This document shows, piece by piece, positions 1-10,734 of a DNA stretch of 64,000 nt. Made by a program: the position numbers and the translations under genes. The DNA is from Eledone cirrhosa (taxonomy: Eukaryota): positions 232,066,001 to 232,130,000 of the forward strand of contig OZ024741.1 of the NCBI GenBank assembly GCA_964016885.1, read 5' to 3'. The notes beneath the pieces are model-generated. The model was not told where the DNA came from. It saw only the letters and a program-made list of their open reading frames with translations, and ran no database searches. Within the stretch, counting starts at the first letter, position 1, and every line of letters begins with the position of its first letter.

Positions 1-107
1 TACTCATTCCAGAAGTTTCTATTTTTCAATGATCTCAATTTCACGAATCAAAGATAGGAAAAAAAGGAAAAGATAAAGAAAGTATTTTCCGTGCTATTTC
101 TAACTTC

Positions 108-523
<416 letters not shown>

Positions 524-528
<5 letters not shown>

Positions 529-646
529 AACAAGTATAACCCCGACGGCAGAGCTCAAGCCGTTTCGAAGGCTATTTCTGGACTGAGTCCAGAAATACCC
601 GTCGAAACGCCTTGATCTCTGCCGTCGGGGTCACACTTGTTCCTAT
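524..646. repeat. 123-bp fold-back palindrome centred on 585
   Basis: ATAGGAACAAGT...TCTGGACT-G-AGTCCAGA...ACTTGTTCCTAT; arms pair without indels and with a few mismatches. Confidence 0.92.
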
Positions 647-682
647 TTCCCACTCTACTACCCTAAGTATTGAGTACTCTGG

Positions 683-1062
683 TACTAAAGCTGACACATT
701 TTTTGCCCAACGGCTGAACCAAAAAGCACCAAATTTGCACCATAGATTTAACTTTTGGCAAATAAAATTTCGTTAAAAGATTAAACATATGTAATCGTTT
801 ATTTAAATATTCACTTCTTTAAAATGTTCAAACGTCAACACTTCCGGTTAAACGCCATTCCTCTCTCTATCTTTGACTGTCTTTTTAGATAGATACAGAG
901 CCATAACGTCGGCCCTTATAATATGTCTCTGTATGTCATGCTGTCTGCATTAGGTACATAGCTATAACGTCGCACGCTTATAATATCTGTCTCTCTGTCT
1001 TCGTTTCTAACCAACTTTTAATTAATTCAGTGCAAAGGTACCACACGCCCTCTCAATTAGTA
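683..1062 (+). mobile_element. Fragment of non-autonomous Helitron-like repeat
   Basis: 683-860 matches 62350-62562 (TAAAGCTGAC...CTGAACCAAA..GCACCAAATTT..CACCATAGAT...ATTTAAATATTCACTTCTTTAAA); 3' boundary uncertain. Confidence 0.55.
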
Positions 1063-1102
1063 ATTATATATATATAATTTAACATCTCAGGGTATGTCAT
1101 GT

Positions 1103-1172
1103 ATCATTATATTTTGTCTGATGAGGACGTACTGTTTTACATCTGAAATATGTATAATAAAATGTAATTGAT
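1103..1172 (+). ncRNA. Type I hammerhead ribozyme motif
   Basis: Stem I ATCATTATATTTTGT / ATAAAATGTAATTGAT; core CTGATGA; stem II GGACGTA/TACATCT; GAAA; short stem III TATGTA; triplet AUA. Confidence 0.7.
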
Positions 1173-1329
1173 AAAACTAGCATCTATTTTATTAATATTT
1201 GTATTTTAATATTAATAACTCTGGAAAATTATTTTTCATAGAGTGCTTCCAATCTATTGTAAAACTCATTCTCTGATATACTGATTGAATATTGTTTAAC
1301 TCTTTAATATATATATATATATATAATTA

Positions 1330-1398
1330 GTAATTGTTTCTACTTTTGGCACAACGCCAGCAATTACCCCAGTACATTACTAGTACTTTATTTTATCT
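1330..1398 (-). mobile_element. 3' fragment of tRNA-derived SINE
   Basis: Reverse complement matches GATAAAATAAAGTAC.AGT...GCTGGC.TTGTGCC...AGAAAC of the SINE copies at 19208 and 37335. Confidence 0.6.
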
Positions 1399-1439
1399 CT
1401 CTATATATAATTAGTAATAATAATAAATGTGAAGTATAA

Positions 1440-1820
1440 AATCCAAAGAGGATAAATATATGTAAGATGAAATTTAAGCAAAAATCGCTGCTTTCACCCT
1501 TAACGGGATCTGCTGATACTATAAAAGTCAATCTGTGAACGCATAAATAAATATTTCCAAAAAACGTTGCAACCGAAGGAAGACAGGAAGACGATACTTT
1601 GGTTCGTGGAAACGTTCCTTGGCAAAGAACGGAAAAAACGAGTATAATACGTCATTATTTGGAGCGGGAAAAACAATTACACGCAAAAACAAAACCACGT
1701 TTATGGTATAAATGAAGTCGTAGACTAATATTCTATTAGGTGGTACATGTAGACGTTCTCTGGCAATGAACTGAAAAAACGATTTCTTTGAGGCTTTCCC
1801 GTCTATCTACAAACGTGCAT
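1440..1820 (-). mobile_element. Fragment of the repeat family carried in the non-autonomous Helitron at 62345
   Basis: Reverse complement of 6080-6300 and 62570-62715 (GAAAGCAGCGATT.TTTGCTTAAA, TGCAACGTTTT..GAAATATTTA). Confidence 0.7.
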
Positions 1821-2601
1821 ATTTTCAACATATTACAATGAAGCTCTTGCTCGGAGTGGATTTTTCGATAGGGTAGCATATACAGAGTACGAGAATAGAC
1901 CTAGGAAAAATAGATCCCGACGCATTATATGGTATAACCCACCATATGATATAGATATGGCCACACCATTAGCTAAGATCTTTCTCTCCCTTATTATGAA
2001 GCATTTTCCCCCAGCACATAAATATAGTAACATTTTTGATAGAAATACGTTTAAAATTTCTTATTCTACGACTCCTAAATTTGCACATAACATCACAGCT
2101 TCAAATTTAGTTAAATTACCTAACCTTAGGAACACGTGCAACCCTGTATCTAGTACTAACTGTAATTGTAGGAATCGGATTGACTGCCCCCTATCCGGGA
2201 AATGCCTCTGTAGTAATATAGTCTACAAATGTAAGGTTGAAACACCCACGTCCCGTAGGGCCGACATAAGGTTAAACGCCAATAGATTCAAGCAGCGTCT
2301 TTACATGCATACCAATTCTTTTCTTAACCCTTTAAGAAGTAATATGAGGTCACTTTCAGCTTATATCTGGAATATAAAAGACAACCACACCCAATATAAA
2401 TTACACTGGGAGATCCTAGCTGAGGCTAGATCGTATAACGGAAATAAAAGACCATGTGACCTCTGCGCCGCTGAGGCCCTGGAAATACTCTACGCCAAAG
2501 ACCACATCTTAAACAAAAATTCTGAGGAAATTTGGGCTTGTAAACATAAATTGCACAAAACTTTCCTGTATTACAGCCCCACACTGTACCCTAACGGATA
2601 G
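1821..2601 (+). mobile_element. Penelope-like element 3' fragment (Naiad-like): RT C-terminus/linker plus GIY-YIG endonuclease
   Basis: Open frame YYNEALARSGF...IIWYNPPY...KHFPPAH...KISYS...CNCRNRIDCPLSGKC..NIVYKC...FKQRL..H...CDLC..E...LNK.SE...CKH; YIG motif decayed to DIR. Confidence 0.85.
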
Positions 2602-3000
2602 TACGAAGTATACGCGGATATTTTACGTCTTGATCTGGTAGCTAAGTATATGTTATGTTTATAGCATTACGTATTTGTATAGGTAAATATATATTACCTG
2701 TATGGTTTGTGAAGGTACGTATACTTTCTCGACCGTATGTATATTTGCTTGTATATGTTATGGCGTATATATTACATATACTGCTACATGTGCATTTGGT
2801 TATGTGTATACGTGAGTTTTACGTCTGTGTGAGTATGCGGGTTCGTACGTATGTAGGGTGTGTGTATATGTGTACGTTGTGTTTTGGTTGACATACGTCT
2901 GCGAAGATATGTGTATTTACATGTAGACATGTGTGTGTGCTGGTTATATACGTATTTATGTGTGTATATTTATTTACGTTTATTTAATTATATGTATTCA

Positions 3001-3049
<49 letters not shown>

Positions 3050-3053
<4 letters not shown>

Positions 3054-5612
3054 ATTAAGGGTACTATTTATGGTTATGTATGCAATAAAACCTTTGATGG
3101 TAATATATTATATATACACAAACCCTAAATAGTGAGAGATAGTCATTAATTACTATCCTATTACCAGTAAGATAAATAGCTCAATGTAATAACATCAGTT
3201 GTTTTACAGAGCAGTTATATAGAGATTACAGTAATCAAAGTTCAGTTTAAGTCATTTATTTGCTTACAATTGTTTCCTCCAAACCGAGGTTTGGATTCTT
3301 CGGAGCAACTATTTATAACATACTTGACCTCCTTTTCAACCCAAGAGACACATAAAACATATGCGCATATTGATCAACAGTGGGGTGACATTCATCAAAT
3401 AATATAGCATGGCAATTTACATATAAAGGTTACAGGATAAAAATAAAATAAAATAAAAACAAGAGTGAAAATAAGAGTGAAAATAAAGATAAACATGAAG
3501 CGTTGGCAGTCTATGAAGATAAAGCAAGAGGAAAGCTTAGAGTAGTCAGTGTATGAAACAATCTCCCGTGTAGCATGCACGCGTGTCTTATCTATACATG
3601 ATTAGAGTGCGTCAGAATGATATTTGCAGGGTCAGGCAGTTGAAGCAGGCAATCGATCTTATTATATAGGCTGAATTATTAAGTCATATATTCTCATACA
3701 TCTGTATGATATACAGTCTCGGATGCGGGGAAACACCAAAATATCAAAAACCTTCAACATACTATAAACCTTATTGTATCATAGGCAAGGTCGTACCACT
3801 GTCCTTGCTCACACCACCACTCACATAATCCATGAGACGCAATATATATATAGAGAGCACGCGTCTATCGTATAATTCGCAGTGGTTCAGCATATAGTCA
3901 AGCTATAAACCGCATCCAGTCGGTTCTTAATTAATATATCATGCTGTCCAGATTCCGGAAGTGCCTGAATGACTAAGGGGAATTAATGCGTAAGTGGAGG
4001 TAACTAGCTAGTTATCTTAGTTACATTACTATGCTAAACTACACTAATGGTGATTCAAATACGTGCCTATCATGTGAAGTTATAACTAATATCTAGAGTA
4101 TGTTACCCATTTATAGGTTAGATAGTTGTCCATTAAGAAGTACAAGGGTGTATATATTAGGATGATTATCATCCATTAATTAAGGGGTGTCATATCTGAA
4201 CGTTCTATAAGAGGAGTCAGACTCTCAAGTCACTGCTCCATGCAAATGTAATATAACAGTAGGACCTGGTATGGTCCCACTATTATATATGCCACCCGGT
4301 AGGCTCCGGGTCATTGCTTGCCTGCATCTCCAGTAAATCTTCGGTATGGTCCGGAGATCCAATCTCTCATATAAATGCACTAGTCTGGCCATCAAGCAAT
4401 AGACAACCCCCGTCTCAAATATAAATCAATTATGTATCACATCTCCAAGCTAGAGTGGAGTCTATTAATAGGTATTAAAGGAGTCCACATCAAGATGATT
4501 ACGTGCATAATTCAATGAACCGATCGCTTACAGTATATAATCACTTAACAATACGATTATCTATCTAATCATCAATCTATCTCTTGGTGGTAATCCATGC
4601 ACAGGACTATGCTATCGCAACCAGTACCGTGTCCCCAATTTATACTAATCTTATATTTGTGCAATGCAGAATAAGTAGTCCACGGTCGAGATATCAGTAT
4701 TAGAGGTACAAGGGGGTATTCCCAGGGTAGGTGGTACTAAAATGCTGTCAGTATTATCTTTAGAGTATAGAGATGGGTGTGGATGTGAGGTGTAAGGTGT
4801 GCTACTGATGTTAATTGCTAGGGGTGGTGCTGGTTCCAGTCTGACATTATTATATATAGGGTTTAAAGTTTTAGAACGAGTGTCGGAAGCGGTGTTGGCA
4901 ATTTGCGAACACTTCTGATTTTTTATTAAGGAGATTATGTTTAGAGAAGATGATAGTATGGGTCTCTAGTAGACAGAGGTTACAAAATTTATCAGGTGGT
5001 TTGTACGATGTTGCACTACCTACCACTTCCCATTTAAGTGTATATATTTTATTTTTAGTTTTTAGATAGTGTATGTAGCTAGATAGTGGAGTGGAGTTGG
5101 CTAGACTGTGTTTTTTGAAAGAGTGGAGGTGCGAATTGTATCTAGTTTTGAAGCAGTTAGAAGTGGAGCCTATGTAGGTTTCAGAAGAGCTGATAGTTGT
5201 GACTGTATATGAGTATATGATATCCTTGGTTAAGCATTTTTTATCTAAAGGGCAGGTTCTACTTGATCTACAGTTACAATTACTCTGGGTGCTAGTCTGC
5301 CGGTTACTATGCTGTGTAGAAGTTTGGAGGTTAGCTATAGGGTTATGGTTATGCGGGTTGTGGTACGCAGCGTTAATGTTTACACTAGTGCTATTACTAT
5401 TATTTCCATTGATATTACGGTTATTTGTTATAGTGTTACTTTGACTGTTATTTTGAATGTTATTTTGATGGTTTATCGACCGTTGTGATTTAGTTTGTTG
5501 GAAGTAAGAATTAATTTTTCTTTTATTTGTACTAGCTATGTGGTATGCTAAGTTAGGCGTAGTAGAGTATGAGATCTTAATAGTGTTTTTGTTTAAAAGG
5601 CCGTGGTACCAT
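3050..5612 (-). mobile_element. 5'-truncated Naiad-like Penelope element: GIY-YIG ORF remnant (4871-5612) plus presumed ~1.8 kb 3' region
   Basis: ORF 4871..5620: LNKNTIKISYSTTPN...CNCRSSRTCPLDKKC..IIY...TYIGSTSNCFKTRY..H...CNLCLLE...LNKKSE...CQH. The 3' region is assigned by adjacency and a same-strand hammerhead (inference). Confidence 0.75.
3260..3308 (-). ncRNA. Type I hammerhead motif with CCGAAGA core variant
   Basis: Minus strand TTGCT-CCGAAGA-ATCCAAAC CTCG GTTTGGAG-GAAA-CAATTG-TA-AGCAA; palindromic stem III, GUA triplet. Confidence 0.65.
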
Positions 5613-5919
5613 ATATACAATATATTTATATATATTTTTATATATTTTTATGTCTATTTGGTATATACGTTCGTATGTGTGCGGGTACAGGCATTGCGTG
5701 GGTTCTGTATGTGCGTGCGTGTTTCTTTGTGTACGTGCTTGTATTTGCATGTCTCTGGCGAGTGTTTTCGCGTATGCTTGTGTATGTACGTATATGGATG
5801 CGTGTATGTAAATATTTAGTTTCAATTACCTCTGTATTTTATTTACTTTATTCTTGTTTCTGAAGCTGAGGATCATTCGGTTTCCCAAATTGAATTTTAG
5901 TCTACGAATTCAGTTATAC

Positions 5920-6404
5920 CATTTACGTGGTTATGTCTGTGCGTGTAATTGTTCTCAACGCTCGACATAATGACGTATTATCTTCATTTTTGTTTCGTTC
6001 ATTGCCAGATAACGTCTCCATGTACCACATTATAGAATATTAATCTACGACTTCATTTATACCATAAACGTGGTTTTGTCTGTGCGTGTAATTGTTTTCA
6101 CCGGTACAAATAGTGGCGTATTATCCTCGTCTTTTTCCGTTCTTTGCCAGGAACGTTTCCACGAACCAAAGTCTCGTATTCCTGTCTTGCTTTGGCTGCA
6201 ACGTTTTTTGAAATATTTACTTCTGCGTTCACAGATTGACTTTTTTAGTTTCAGAAGATCTCGTTAAGCGTGAAAGCAGCGATTATTTGCTTAAACTTTA
6301 ATCTGTTATTTTAATAAATATGTGCTCTACGGTTCTTATATATTTGATATATATTTATCCATATCGAGCCTGATTTGTGTTTTAGTCTTCAAATTCAATA
6401 TTAT

Positions 6405-6410
<6 letters not shown>
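5920..6410 (+). mobile_element. Fragment of the same Helitron-associated repeat family
   Basis: Same-strand similarity to 62570-62730 and 32695-32800; internal duplication 5919-6020 / 6059-6160. Confidence 0.65.
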
Positions 6411-6437
<27 letters not shown>

Positions 6438-6442
<5 letters not shown>

Positions 6443-7188
6443 ATAAATTAACGGAGGTATAGGCCGTCGTTATTCCCTGTAAATAATGTGCTCAAAGGGG
6501 AAGAGATCCTGAGCCCTTTAAAATATAATATGTTGAGAAGGTAACACACCAGAGAGAGATATATATAGTGCGCTATCAATAATACAGGGAAAAAAACCAC
6601 CAGTGTATGGAATCTATAACCTATGAAAGGCAGACTATATACACGATAATTAAAAATATAAATTAAAGTGTAAATAAATACCTTTATAACTATATAACAC
6701 ATGTACAAATCCAAAGATAATGTTTCACCAAAAAATTGTTGAAAGAAATGGTCTAGTCTCGGTTCATCAGCGTGTGTAAGGCCATACATTTCAGACAACA
6801 CTAAGAGAATTTTACAATTGACTGTCCAGCTACACGCGGGAGAGAGAAGTCACAGCGTGTTTAAGGGCAGTGAACCAGTGGCCTCTGAGAGACGAACTGC
6901 TAGAAAGGGCAGCCCAAAGCCACTCAGAGAAGTGTGCTCAACCAAACAGAGAGGAAATACTGTTGTTAGGAGCGAAATATCACGATAAATTAACGGAGGC
7001 ATAGGCCGTCGTTATTCCCTGTAAATAATGTGCTCAAAGGGGAAGAGATCCTGAGCCCTTTAAAATATAATATGTTGAGAAGGTAACACACCAGAGAGAG
7101 ATATATAGTGCGCTATCAATAATACAGGGAAAAAACCCACCAGTGTATGGAATCTATAACCTATGAAAGGCAGACTATATACACGATA
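6438..7188 (-). mobile_element. Non-coding hammerhead-bearing element: 542-bp unit plus ~210-bp terminal direct repeat
   Basis: 6438-6648 is near-identical to 6980-7188; hammerhead at 6696-6778 between them; flanked by (TA)n on both sides. Confidence 0.75.
6696..6778 (-). ncRNA. Type I hammerhead ribozyme motif
   Basis: Minus strand ACACACG-CTGATGA-ACCGAGA[23 nt]TTTTGGT-GAAA-CATTATC TTTG GATTT-GTA-CATGTGT; complete core, GUA triplet. Confidence 0.75.
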
Positions 7189-7273
7189 TATATATATATA
7201 TATATATATATATCGTTTCTGAATTTGTTTAGCAAGATTCTTTAGCTGAAAACGTGTATTGAAACCGATATTG

Positions 7274-10200
7274 TTATACTTTGAGAGGGTCATGTTTCCA
7301 ATAAGAAACACACACACCAGTTGCTTTCACTCCAATTTATTATAAATTAAATTTATAAATTTAAGAATTTATAAATATCCGGTTGATTGCTGGTTCCACA
7401 ACCAGACCGTTGTTCATATATTGTCAAAGTTCTTTCCTCACACATTCTGTGACCTCTTCAGTGACTGGGGATTATTTTCTTTGTTTTGTGCCTCTCCTTT
7501 GTTCTGTCCTACGCCATCTTGTTTTTGTGTGTGTCGTGTGCTTAGTTTGTGCATGTGTTACATCCGGGTGTCTGTATGTGTTTTTATTTGTTTATTTATT
7601 TGGTTATTTACATGTTACTGGTTGGTTGTTTGTTCTATGTGTGTGTGTTTTCAGTTTGTCCTTAATTGTAAGTTGTGACGTTGCTGTTTCCACTCATGTT
7701 TTGTATTAATTTTGGTTGGAGTTCATTTATGTTTATTGCCTCTGTGATTTGTCTAAACATTGCGTCTTTTCTGTGTGTAGATTTTATTTTTATTTCTATG
7801 TTCTCTAATTTGCCCTTATGTTCTATTTTAGCATGTTGGTGGAGTACTGATGATTCTTTTTTATCTTAAAGCTCTCGCCAGTGTTCAGTTAACTGTTCTA
7901 TACGACGATCTGTCTCACCTATGTACACTATATTCTTATCTTTATATTGTCATTCAGTACATCTTATGTATATATACTATGTTTCTAGTTTTACCATTAA
8001 TATGGGGGCTTAGTTTACAGATTATGCATTTCTTATCTATACAGGGAAGTCTTTGAAAAGGGTATGTATTACGAATAGGTATTTTTATGGAGGTACTTGG
8101 TATTTCTACTATCTTATTATTAAGTTTCAGTTTATCAAGGGCCCTTATATATGTGTAACTCCCGTTACGTTGATGATATAAACATCGTTGTTAAAACACC
8201 CCGACTAGAGAACAGTCAGGAACTAGAGAAAAACTTATAAATTATAAATTTGTAAGCTAATTTACCTCTAGGCGTTGTATTGATGAACATTACACTCTGG
8301 TATTTATTGCTATCATACCATGAATTTATTCTATTAACATTATTCCTAGTTCTTTCGATTATATACCAAAATGTTCTCCTATACAAGGGACAGGTCCCAT
8401 TTGTATCATTATTTACCATTTTTTCCCATTTGGTTCTGACTCCTCTATATACTCTGTTTTTATCTCTCTGATTGTAACCAGAGAACTGCATACGCTGGAT
8501 GAAGTGTTGTATGTGTCTCTCTAGATCTTTGGGTTTGCACATGCGGGACACGTTTCTCATCACACGTACTAAATCCACAATCAGTATGTTGATTTTGGTG
8601 TGATCCGAAACAGAGAGTTTCGGTGGAGCAGATATTTGGAAGTCATGGGTTGGGCATAATAGGAATGGAGGATTTGATTTTTGTTATTAATGGTTTCTAA
8701 CCAGAGCTCTGTGTCTAGTACAGGTAATCGATGGTTGGGGTGTTTGCTTGGGTAGTCTATAGTAAATCTAATACTCTGGTGGATGGAGTTAGCTATTTGC
8801 TGGATGCTTTCCATTGTGTTTTTCTCTAATTCCTGACTGTTCTCTAGTGGGAGTGTTTTTACTACGATGTTTATAACATCAACGTAGCGAGACTACATTA
8901 TCAGGGTTAAGAGGTTGCTATCTTCTAATTGTTCTTTAAGTTTATTGTCCCACCATACCGTGAATAGGTTAGCTATGTTACCACCAATGTTAATACCAAT
9001 GGCTGCTCCCTCCTCTTGGGCATATTATTTTCTCCACAGCAACATCCACGTCAATGGATGGATATAGGGGCACAACATCCATACTACCTATTATACAGTC
9101 TGTTAGGTCCCTAGATCGGTTATTTCCGCTGATTCTGCTGAGGAGGTCTCCTGTGCTGTGCTGTCACATATATCTGGGGACATTTCAATGATGGCGCGTA
9201 TGATCAGGGAGAGGAAGTAGGAAAGTCTGTAGTTACTAGCAATGTTAGCTCCACAGGCTGGCCGTGTTGGTGGTCCTGTGACAGGGTCACTGTTCGTCTT
9301 ATGGTCTTTTTGAAGTCCATACAAGCTGACACGTCATAGTTCCAGGCCTGGAAGTTGTTGGCAGTCCTTTTATTTGGCTACATTATGTTTGTCCACATCA
9401 TCATATGGGCATTGAGGGTTTTCCCCCTATCATCATGCTCTTGTGGTGTTACTTCTCTTGTGTTAGTGATGTCGTGTTGCATTGCCTGGATGTAGTTTGA
9501 CAGACTGTCAACCGACATTCTGCCAGACTTTTCTGTTGGAAAGCATGCACTCTTTCCATTGCGTGAGAGCTGCATGAGGTTACGCAAACCACTTGCAGAT
9601 TTTACTCCCAGTTGCTGGGCCTCCATTCTATTTTGCTTCTTGCTATACTGTCCTATAATATTTCTAAGTTTAGATGTAGCTATACTAAATTGTGCTTCTG
9701 TTTGTTCATCGACCTGCGACGGCAATTGCGTGCGTTTTGTTCAAAGCTAAAGTCGTGGCGTGGACTCGTCGTAGGTGGAAGGACATATCGGAAGGATTAT
9801 AAAAAGTAGAATTCCAGACTGCTGCTTTATGTGTACTATTGCTATTGTTATTGTTAGTTGTGTTGTTTCTAGTTCTATTTCCACCAACAGCCTGGTGGTT
9901 ATTTCTATGTCTCTCATTATTACTCCTGTCTCTTTCCTCTGGCTCATTGTTATTATTATCTGCTCTATTTTGTGTGTCTGTGTGTTCGTCCTGGTTATTT
10001 TCTCTGTCAGTATGGAAAGTCTCCCTTCTTATTTCAATCCCATTACCTACCCTTACTTCTGTGTTACTGTCATTATCTGTTTTCTGTGTATGTGTGTCTG
10101 TTAAGATTGTGGTGGTGGTGAGAGGCATAGGATGTGTGTGTGTTGTTGTTGTTGTTGATGTGGATGTGTGTTGTTGTTGTTGCTCTTGTTGTTGTTGTCT

Positions 10201-10426
10201 CTGCGTGTGTTGTTCCTATTGTTAAGTGTGTTGTTGTTATTGGTTTTTGTGTCTGTGTCTGTTGTTGTCTCTGTGTATGTTATTATTGTTGCAGTGTGTG
10301 TTGTTGTTGTTATCGTTGTTTGTGTCTGTGTGTCTATATATATATTATTATACTTTGGGAGGGTCATGTTGCCAATAAGAAACACACGCACCCCTCGCTT
10401 TCACTGCAATTTATTATAAATTAAAT
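7274..10426 (-). mobile_element. Decayed, near full-length Penelope-like retroelement (RT + C-terminal GIY-YIG) with 79-bp terminal direct repeats
   Basis: RT motifs IGSMDVVPLYPSID (~9050-9095), QEEGAAIG (~9000), RYVD (~8880), LPVLDTELW; GIY-YIG VYIGETDRR (~7905-7930); repeats 7274-7352 and 10348-10426. Confidence 0.88.
7423..7465 (-). ncRNA. Degenerate minimal hammerhead in Penelope pseudo-LTR
   Basis: GTCA-CTGAAGA-GGTCACAGAATGTGTGAG-GAAA-GAAC-TT-TGAC; base of stem II damaged. Confidence 0.55.
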
Positions 10427-10647
10427 GTATATCTCATTTTGTTTGACCCGTTTAGCTTGTTCGCTTTTTTGGCTATGATGGTTAATGGCTTCTTAACCAT
10501 CGTCTCAGCGTGTATGACCATTTTAACTTATGTTTATAGCTCTGGTATCTTCTTCTTCATATCCATGGAGCACTTGTCTGCACAATATGGAAGTTGCGTT
10601 TCGCTAATTTCTACCCGCCAAAATGCGATTCTCGCTAAATTTATATT

Positions 10648-10683
<36 letters not shown>

Positions 10684-10734
10684 ATATATTTCTATGCACA
10701 TATGTATGTATATATGTATTTCCGCGTTTATCTG

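Noticed and set aside
1957-5620. Selenoprotein recoding in the Naiad-like ORFs
   Set aside because: No in-frame TGA at cysteine positions; the ORFs end in TAG/TAA
5861-5915. CTGAGGA hammerhead-like core
   Set aside because: No GAAA after a credible stem II
1440-6410. Inverted repeat pair apparently enclosing two Naiad fragments, like the TIRs of a composite transposon
   Set aside because: The repeat is a dispersed family (also at 32690 and 62570), the copies are diverged, and no TSD is visible
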